This document shows, piece after piece, positions 35,451 through 40,697 of a DNA stretch of 40,697 nt. The translations under genes and the position numbers were made by a program. This DNA comes from a virus (Duplodnaviria > Caudoviricetes): the IMG/VR virus record IMGVR_UViG_3300037424_000038, positions 1 through 40,697 of that record; one strand, 5' to 3'. The notes below the pieces were generated by a model, which worked only from the letters and a program-made list of their open reading frames with translations, ran no database searches and was not told the origin of the DNA. Within the stretch, counting starts at the first letter, position 1; every line of letters begins with the position of its first letter.

Positions 35451-35768
35451 ATGAGCAAGCCCGAAACTATCACCATCGATGATGTGAAGTACGTCCGTGC
35501 TGACGCTGTGCAAGTCAAGCCGAACGGCAACCGCAACGTGGTCGTGTGTGACCGTGGTTGGATTTTTGCTGGCGATGTGACCCGCGAGAATGGTCGCATC
35601 AAGATCACCCGTGCGCTGCATGTGTTCCGCTGGGAATCCATTGGCTTTGATGGAGTCATCAAGAATCCAAAGAGCAACAAGGTAACGCTCAAGCAGATTG
35701 CAGACATTGATATGCCTGCTGATGCTGAACTGTTCTCTGTTCCTGTCGAAGAAAATTGGGGCTTGTGA
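35451..35768 (+). CDS. Beta-rich hypothetical protein (DUF6948-like)
   Basis: AAGGAG RBS; VVVCDRGWIFAG...RW. Confidence 0.72.
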   Translation: MSKPETITIDDVKYVRADAVQVKPNGNRNVVVCDRGWIFAGDVTRENGRIKITRALHVFRWESIGFDGVIKNPKSNKVTLKQIADIDMPADAELFSVPVEENWGL

Positions 35769-36058
35769 TGACTGCGGAATTTAAGCCTGTCGGCTGCGGC
35801 TACGGCGACGGCGACGGCTGCGGCTACGACAACGGCTACGGCTACGGCAACGGCTACGGCGACGGATACGGCTACGGAGACAGCAACGGCAACAGCAACG
35901 GCGACGGAAACGGCTACGGCAACGGCTGCGGCTACGGCGACGGCTACGGCAACGGCTACGGCGACGGCTACGGCTACGGCGACGGCGACGGAAACGGCGA
36001 CGGCTGCGGCTACGGCAACGGAACTGTTACAGGCAACACCAGGAAGCGTAGGAGTTGA
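35768..36058 (+). CDS. Glycine-rich G(Y/D/N/C)-repeat protein
   Basis: TGATG coupling; (GGC NAC)n low-complexity tract ~35791-36020. Confidence 0.72.
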   Translation: MTAEFKPVGCGYGDGDGCGYDNGYGYGNGYGDGYGYGDSNGNSNGDGNGYGNGCGYGDGYGNGYGDGYGYGDGDGNGDGCGYGNGTVTGNTRKRRS

Positions 36059-36099
36059 CTGCATACATAGATTGGTTAGGAGCGGAAGGAAGGTAATAA

Positions 36100-36363
36100 A
36101 TGACAGATTTAGTGATGACCAAGCCATGTAAACATGGCGATCTTGCGTGTGGCTCTGGCTATTGGTATTGCGGGAAATGCGAGGACGAAAGTCGCAGAGC
36201 AGCATACAAGAGACTTACGCCAGCACAGAAGGCTTACGACAACTACGTTGACCCTCTCGGTGCTTACCACATTGACTACGACAGAGAATATCAAGGATGC
36301 AGTTGTCACATAAGCCCGCCTTGCAATTACTGTTTGAGCAAAGGAGAAGATGATGGTTCATAA
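36100..36363 (+). CDS. Cys-rich hypothetical protein
   Basis: CSCHISPPCNYC. Confidence 0.7.
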   Translation: MTDLVMTKPCKHGDLACGSGYWYCGKCEDESRRAAYKRLTPAQKAYDNYVDPLGAYHIDYDREYQGCSCHISPPCNYCLSKGEDDGS

Positions 36364-36422
36364 CGCCAAAGTGACAGGCCACCACCACTAACCAATCTAA
36401 ATGCAACTTTAGGAGGTGTGAT

Positions 36423-36635
36423 ATGGATAGCAGGCAGCAGTTTGAAGAGTGGCTAGATAGCCAAAATGGTAATGAATGGCCAATCGGAGAGCAATATTCT
36501 GCGCTTCGTGCATGGCAAGCAGGCCGAGCATCAATGCGTGATGAGGCTACATCGGTTTGCGAAAATGAAGGAGCAAAGCACGGAATACGGTCGCCAGAAG
36601 GTTATGCATCTTTAGTTTCAATGATCCAGCCATGA
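36423..36635 (+). CDS. Hypothetical protein (FEEW...AWQA motif)
   Basis: AGGAGGT RBS. Confidence 0.75.
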   Translation: MDSRQQFEEWLDSQNGNEWPIGEQYSALRAWQAGRASMRDEATSVCENEGAKHGIRSPEGYASLVSMIQP

Positions 36636-36757
36636 TTGATTACGAACGCCTAACCAGACAGCTTGCAAATGAAATACTAAAAGCAGTAAAGTCAGGCAAG
36701 GACTACCCGCCAGAGGTGATTACGATGGCGCTTTATTTGACTGGTGATTTGGGGTGA
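36632..36757 (+). CDS. Small hypothetical protein (41 aa, ...ALYLTGDL)
   Basis: ATGA coupling. Confidence 0.6.
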   Translation: MIDYERLTRQLANEILKAVKSGKDYPPEVITMALYLTGDLG

Positions 36758-36784
36758 GTTGAGATTTAACCAACGGAGGTTTAT

Positions 36785-36967
36785 ATGACTCAGTATGAAC
36801 GAGAAGAAGAGCAACTTGAGCGCGACTTGCAAAGTTGTCTGATTTCTATGGAGGAATACAATCGTCAATTGAATGAAATGCAGCGCAGTTATAGAGACGA
36901 AATGCGTGGACTAGCGGAAGAGGCGGCAGAGCGCGCATATAACGATGCGCTTGGAGTAGGCTGGTAA
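36785..36967 (+). CDS. Small acidic helical protein
   Basis: GGAGG RBS. Confidence 0.72.
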   Translation: MTQYEREEEQLERDLQSCLISMEEYNRQLNEMQRSYRDEMRGLAEEAAERAYNDALGVGW

Positions 36968-36983
36968 GAACAGTAAATGACAG

Positions 36984-37187
36984 ATGTACAACGAGAACAA
37001 AATCCGCCAGCAAGCTCTAGACCACTACACCGAGCTAGCATCCAATCCAGGGTGGCGGGAGTACGCATGGAAGCAAGTACAAGCAATGGCGAAGGAAAAC
37101 CCAGCTATGTATTGGGACCTACCGGAAAAACTGAAAGATGCCATGCAGAAGAAATTATCCGAAGAACGGCTAAAAGTTGGGGCGTGA
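36984..37187 (+). CDS. Hypothetical protein
   Basis: PGWREYAW motif; abuts next gene. Confidence 0.65.
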   Translation: MYNENKIRQQALDHYTELASNPGWREYAWKQVQAMAKENPAMYWDLPEKLKDAMQKKLSEERLKVGA

Positions 37188-37493
37188 ATGCGGGCCGCTA
37201 AAGTGGACGCCAACCATATGCAAGTAGTCTCCGCTCTGCGTGCTGCTGGATGCCTTGTTGAATCTCTGGCTGGTGTAGGTAAAGGAGTTCCAGACCTGCT
37301 TGTAGGCTACGAAAACAGCGCAGGAGAACTTAAATTCTGGATGGTAGAGGTAAAGGACGGAGCGAAGGCAAAAAGCGCTCAGGCACTTACGCCGGCACAA
37401 GTGGGTTGGCATGCAAAGTGGGAAGGCTATCCAGTCTCAATCGTTGACGGGCCGGAATCGGCATTGCGCCATCTAGCAGCGCTGAAAGCATAA
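37188..37493 (+). CDS. VRR-NUC-like PD-(D/E)xK nuclease / resolvase
   Basis: KVDAN, GVPDLLVG, VEVKDG, LTPAQ. Confidence 0.82.
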   Translation: MRAAKVDANHMQVVSALRAAGCLVESLAGVGKGVPDLLVGYENSAGELKFWMVEVKDGAKAKSAQALTPAQVGWHAKWEGYPVSIVDGPESALRHLAALKA

Positions 37494-37496
37494 ATT

Positions 37497-37766
37497 GTGT
37501 GGTCAAAGAATAAACCAAAACCAACGCTATCCGAGCATGAGCACATCATGCGGATCAAGGAAATGAACTGCGTGATCTGCGATGAACCAGGGCCGAGCGA
37601 GTGTCACGAAATCAAACAAGGCGCTTGGTTTACTTCTTTACCTTTGTGCCCGTCTTGCCATCGAGATAACTTCAACGGCATCCATGGACAGAAACGAGCA
37701 TGGGCCGTGCGAAAGATGGATGAACTGGACGCGCTGAACATGACCATTGAAAGGCTTGTGACATGA
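37497..37766 (+). CDS. Ref-like HNH nuclease
   Basis: CVIC...H...LPLCPSCH...GIHG. Confidence 0.75.
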   Translation: MWSKNKPKPTLSEHEHIMRIKEMNCVICDEPGPSECHEIKQGAWFTSLPLCPSCHRDNFNGIHGQKRAWAVRKMDELDALNMTIERLVT

Positions 37767-37930
37767 CACCCGAGCAAGAATCCGCACTAGACAACATGAT
37801 GGAGCTAGTATCCAGCCTAGCAAACCTAACCCAGCAACAAGCAAACCTGATCTACGAGCAACATCAGCAAATTCTTGACCTAGCGGCACGGCTAGGAACT
37901 ATGGAAGTAATTGCGAAGGCGAAACTGTAG
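37763..37930 (+). CDS. Small coiled-coil protein (55 aa, MTPEQESALDN...)
   Basis: ATGA coupling. Confidence 0.6.
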   Translation: MTPEQESALDNMMELVSSLANLTQQQANLIYEQHQQILDLAARLGTMEVIAKAKL

Positions 37931-37954
37931 CTGTATAAACGATCAGTAAAAACC

Positions 37955-37996
37955 TAGGGTTTCCACTAATGCTAATAATCTTGCAGTGTGTATGAT
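37955..37996 (+). promoter_or_regulatory. Promoter with element TAGGGTTTCCACTAA
   Basis: Element 37955-37969, 21 bp, TATGAT. Confidence 0.6.
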
Positions 37997-38018
37997 GGAG
38001 ACTCTTTATGAGATAAAA

Positions 38019-38384
38019 ATGCTTATTTTGATTCGCGGACTCCCAGGCTCTGGGAAAAGCACTTTGGCAAAGTCAATGCAAGGATTCCACCACTACGAAG
38101 CCGATATGTTTTTCATGCGTAATGGCGGATACAAGTTTGACAGAGACCAGATCAAGCAGGCTCATGAGTGGTGCCAAAAAAAGACTGACGACTCTTTGAG
38201 TATTGGAGGCGACGTTGTGGTTAGCAACACTTTTACTCAAAAGTGGGAAATGAAGCCTTACATGGAGATCGCAAAAAAGCATGGAGTTCCTGTTGAGGTA
38301 ATTACCGCTACTGGAAATTTCAAAAACATTCACGGAGTGCCTGAAGAAGCAATTCAGCGTATGCGTGACCGCTGGGAAGACTAG
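38019..38384 (+). CDS. P-loop kinase (AAA_33 / polynucleotide-kinase-like)
   Basis: LIRGLPGSGKST, EAD, AHEWC, VVSNTF, NIHGVP. Confidence 0.85.
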   Translation: MLILIRGLPGSGKSTLAKSMQGFHHYEADMFFMRNGGYKFDRDQIKQAHEWCQKKTDDSLSIGGDVVVSNTFTQKWEMKPYMEIAKKHGVPVEVITATGNFKNIHGVPEEAIQRMRDRWED

Positions 38385-38395
38385 GAGTAAATAAC

Positions 38396-38611
38396 ATGGA
38401 CCTTCAAGCAAAAGACGGAGAATTTACCGTAGTAAGCACCGCCGCACTAGACAGCCTCAAGCGCATGGTAGAGGAACTGGAGCGCGATGCCGCGCGGTAT
38501 CGGTGGTTGCGTCAAAATAATGACGATCTATGGCATAGCTATTGCTCTGAAAGTGACGAAACACTAAACGATTTTGATGCTGCAATTGACAAAGTAATGA
38601 AACATGAGTGA
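38396..38611 (+). CDS. Hypothetical protein (DAARYRWLR motif)
   Basis: AGGAG RBS. Confidence 0.75.
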   Translation: MDLQAKDGEFTVVSTAALDSLKRMVEELERDAARYRWLRQNNDDLWHSYCSESDETLNDFDAAIDKVMKHE

Positions 38612-38933
38612 GCGCGACCATAACATAGCAATCGATTTCATCATTGCCAATTCGCGCAAGTTCGCAGAGGCAAAGGCACAGCGCATCTACTTGGAAGAGT
38701 TCAGGAAGAGCAAGAAAGCACTTCTAATGGCCCATAGCGACGCTAAAACAGCCGTAGAGCGTGAGCAGTACGCATACAGCCATCCGGAGTACCTGGAGCT
38801 TCTAGAAGGGATGAGAGCAGCTATAGAGCAGGAAGAATACCTAAAGTGGAAGATGACAGCAGCGCAGATAGTGACAGAATGCTGGCGGACGGAACAAGCG
38901 AACAACCGCAGGCAAGATAACGCAACGAGGTAG
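38604..38933 (+). CDS. Helical protein, possibly UvsY-like recombination mediator
   Basis: YLEEFRKSKKALLM, EQYAYSHPEY, WRTEQAN; function is inference. Confidence 0.65.
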   Translation: MSERDHNIAIDFIIANSRKFAEAKAQRIYLEEFRKSKKALLMAHSDAKTAVEREQYAYSHPEYLELLEGMRAAIEQEEYLKWKMTAAQIVTECWRTEQANNRRQDNATR

Positions 38934-38973
38934 GGTAAACACCTATTGATAGATAACTGTAGATGACGATAAT
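38931..38973 (+). promoter_or_regulatory. Promoter with element TAGGGTAAACACCTA (TAG = upstream stop)
   Basis: Element 38931-38945, TTGATA-16bp-GATAAT. Confidence 0.7.
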
Positions 38974-38998
38974 TGAATCATCAACTAAGGAGAAGAAA

Positions 38999-39058
38999 AT
39001 GAACCCAAAAGGAAAAAGCAGGTACGGTGAAGATTGGACAAAAACTCCAAAAGAATAG
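38999..39058 (+). CDS. 19-aa leader peptide MNPKGKSRYGEDWTKTPKE
   Basis: Strong AAGGAG RBS directly after promoter. Confidence 0.45.
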   Translation: MNPKGKSRYGEDWTKTPKE

Positions 39059-39078
39059 CCGCTATCCACTAGCCAGTT

Positions 39079-39151
39079 CTCTCCTAGCTGGCAATGATGT
39101 GGAATAGTGTTTAGGCCCGGAGACTGGATCGATGGGCATTTTTTAGGAGAG
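39079..39151 (+). ncRNA. Structured RNA element 1 (tentative)
   Basis: ctctcctag/ttaggagag closing stem, gccc...gggc 3' hairpin; competes with hairpin 39061-39108. Confidence 0.4.
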
Positions 39152-39154
39152 TAT

Positions 39155-39266
39155 TTTGTGGTGGTGAATGCTGAACGCGAACGGACAGCGACTCGCCAAA
39201 ACGGCAGGTATAGTGGGTTCGACTCCCATCTGCATGAATCTGGGGACGCCTAGACGCCACCACAAA
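39155..39266 (+). ncRNA. Structured RNA element 2, C4-antisense-like / tRNA-like
   Basis: 12-bp closing stem tttgtggtggtg/cgccaccacaaa, GGTGAATGC start, three inner arms, one with GTTCGACTC T-loop. Confidence 0.65.
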
Positions 39267-39278
39267 GCATATAATGTA

Positions 39279-39424
39279 GTTTAGGATTGGCGCGGCGTGG
39301 AGAGTGCTAGGATTTCCTGGTGCAACGCAGACACGTAGGCGAGAAAAGATCGGGTGTGACTAGCTAGCCTGTGAAGCCTCCTAGTTAAGCCAGGATAGCG
39401 AATGGCCGCCAATCCTAAGCACCA
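39279..39424 (+). ncRNA. Structured RNA element 3, C4/CI-like, ending in ACCA
   Basis: 14-bp closing stem gtttaggattggcg/cgccaatcctaagc then acca; arms cgtg...cacg and gcca...tggc. Confidence 0.62.
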
Positions 39425-39487
39425 TGAAGTTAGCGCCATTATCGGCATGGTGACGTGCAAGGTCTAGGATTTGTTGGAAGCGCATGG

Positions 39488-39757
39488 TTAGCCTTTCGTG
39501 GCCTTTGCGATGGCTGCTTGAGCGGCTTCCTCAAGTGTTTTAAAGCCTGTATTTTCATTGCCGATGCGTTTGTTATTTGCTCCGCCATAGCAAGGATGAT
39601 TTTCACCATTTGGTTTTTCGGTAGCAATATATGCCTGAAAAAATTCAGGCCGAACGTCAGTGCGATCGTAACGAACGATCCAAATCGGCAGCTCATCATG
39701 AGCCCAGCAGTCACCATGAGGACGATGGACAATAGAAAAATGTTGGGCTTCATTCAT
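39488..39757 (-). CDS. Hypothetical protein
   Basis: AGGAGA RBS; ends AAIAKATKG. Confidence 0.75.
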   Translation of the reverse strand: MNEAQHFSIVHRPHGDCWAHDELPIWIVRYDRTDVRPEFFQAYIATEKPNGENHPCYGGANNKRIGNENTGFKTLEEAAQAAIAKATKG

Positions 39758-39766
39758 GATTTTCTC

Positions 39767-39850
39767 CTATTTCACCAGTACATCAAAGTATTGAAGAGCA
39801 AGAACAAATAGCCCACCAGAGCAGGCTATGACGGTGAGGAAGTTAAGCAT
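39767..39850 (-). CDS. 27-aa single-TM peptide MLNFLTVIACSGGLFVLALQYFDVLVK
   Basis: AGGAGA RBS; stop overlaps next RBS. Confidence 0.6.
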   Translation of the reverse strand: MLNFLTVIACSGGLFVLALQYFDVLVK

Positions 39851-39867
39851 TGTGTCTCCTATTGACT

Positions 39868-39915
39868 AACTACCGCGCAAACCGCCTGTCACGCGGCTTG
39901 CTGCTGGGGTTGTCA
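39868..39915 (-). repeat. 48-bp intergenic direct repeat, copy B
   Basis: 45/48 identity with 395-442. Confidence 0.9.
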
Positions 39916-40059
39916 GGCAATGGCCTCTGCGATTTCGTCTGCCCTGGCGGCCAGTTCCTCGGCGATAGCGCGCTCACGACCGAGGGTGGTCTTTGCGAAC
40001 GCGAGCAGTGCCTCGCGCAGGACAGTTGCCTTGGTGATCTCGATCGGTTCTTGATCCAT
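39913..40059 (-). CDS. Small helical protein (48 aa, MDQEPIEITKATVLREAL...)
   Basis: GGAGAG RBS; TGA stop is first 3 nt of repeat copy B. Confidence 0.65.
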   Translation of the reverse strand: MDQEPIEITKATVLREALLAFAKTTLGRERAIAEELAARADEIAEAIA

Positions 40060-40125
40060 GTTTCTCTCCATTCAGACCGAGCGCGTGGCGCAGGATGCCG
40101 ACCTGTTGCGGCGTGTGATTCGCGC

Positions 40126-40335
40126 TCATGCCGGCTCTCCCGGCAGCCCACGCGGAGCCATGGCCCGCACCAGCTGCGCATCACGGCGCTCGATGCGGTC
40201 GGCCCGGCGCTGCTCGTAGTCCTGCTGATTCAGTTCACGCACTCGCGCAAGGTCTGCGGCCAGCCACTGCTCTTCAGTGGGCGGCGTCCACGGTGCCAGG
40301 GCGGCGGCGATGATGGGATGAAGTTCGTTGCTCAT
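40126..40335 (-). CDS. Hypothetical protein (LHPIIAAALAP)
   Basis: ATGA coupling to repeat gene. Confidence 0.72.
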   Translation of the reverse strand: MSNELHPIIAAALAPWTPPTEEQWLAADLARVRELNQQDYEQRRADRIERRDAQLVRAMAPRGLPGEPA

Positions 40336-40697
40336 TTCATATCCCTTGCGCGCGTGATGCGCGAATATGCAACTTCGATCAGAAGTCGATACTCAAGATG
40401 CGTTTGGTCATCGTGTTCTTTCTCCGACTTCGTCAGGAATTCATCGACAGAGCCAAGGAAGCATCCGCGAGTAACTTCAAGCGTGTTGTCCCTGGAGTTA
40501 TAGACGGTCAACGTTCCGTTTGCGGTTCCAACGTTTGATGCCCAAAAAATCAGGCCATCGCCGGAGACCCGCGCATCGCCGGAGACCTGCGCATTGCCGT
40601 AGACCCGCGCATTGCCGTAGACCCACGCATTGCCGGAGACCCACGCATCGCCGGAGACCTGCGCATTGCCGTAGACCCGCGCATCGCCGTAGACCCA
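40332..40697 (-). CDS. Hexapeptide-repeat protein, 3' part (joins 1-364)
   Basis: Repeats then GLIFWASNVG...VTRGCFLGSVDEF...YRLLIE...DMK stop at 40332. Confidence 0.82.
   Translation of the reverse strand, partial: WVYGDARVYGNAQVSGDAWVSGNAWVYGNARVYGNAQVSGDARVSGDGLIFWASNVGTANGTLTVYNSRDNTLEVTRGCFLGSVDEFLTKSEKEHDDQTHLEYRLLIEVAYSRITRARDMK

Noticed and set aside
39213-39229. GTTCGACTC arm as part of a fifth tRNA gene
   Set aside because: No D-arm, anticodon arm or 7-bp acceptor stem at canonical spacing; treated as part of ncRNA element 2
39976-40129. Minus-strand ORF MSANHTPQQVGILRHALGL...
   Set aside because: Only the first ~20 codons look genuine before it runs out of frame over the 48-aa gene; probably a truncated remnant, not called

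Overview
A near-complete, circularly assembled ~40.6 kb tailed phage genome with a P22-like (podovirus) virion module. Bases 1-126 repeat at 40571-40696, so the unit length is ~40,570 bp. Gene order on +: small early genes, terminases, portal, scaffold, coat, head/tail adaptors, three ejection proteins, two tailspike/fibre genes with paralogous head-binding N-termini, then lysis genes (two holin-like genes, M15 peptidase endolysin, nested spanins) interrupted by an antisense 4-tRNA cluster. A leftward arm follows (DUF551-type genes, SpoVG-like/SSB-tailed protein, ERF recombinase), then a rightward arm (HTH proteins, HNH, replication initiator, PAPS-reductase-like, Gly-repeat protein, VRR-NUC, Ref-like HNH, P-loop kinase). 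I recognise no integrase, CI repressor, helicase or polymerase. A betaproteobacterial host is only a guess. The most interesting signals lie outside the ORF track: (1) a 15-bp TAGGGWWWNYACCTA element at nine promoters at fixed spacing, often supplying the upstream gene's stop codon; (2) a tandem array of C4/tRNA-like structured RNAs at 39.08-39.42 kb; (3) a 58-aa stand-alone H-NS DNA-binding domain; (4) covarying twin pseudoknots ahead of the scaffold and coat genes; (5) two Leu tRNAs without a long variable arm; (6) repeat-bounded gene cassettes. Family assignments come from recognised motifs and synteny, not from database searches.
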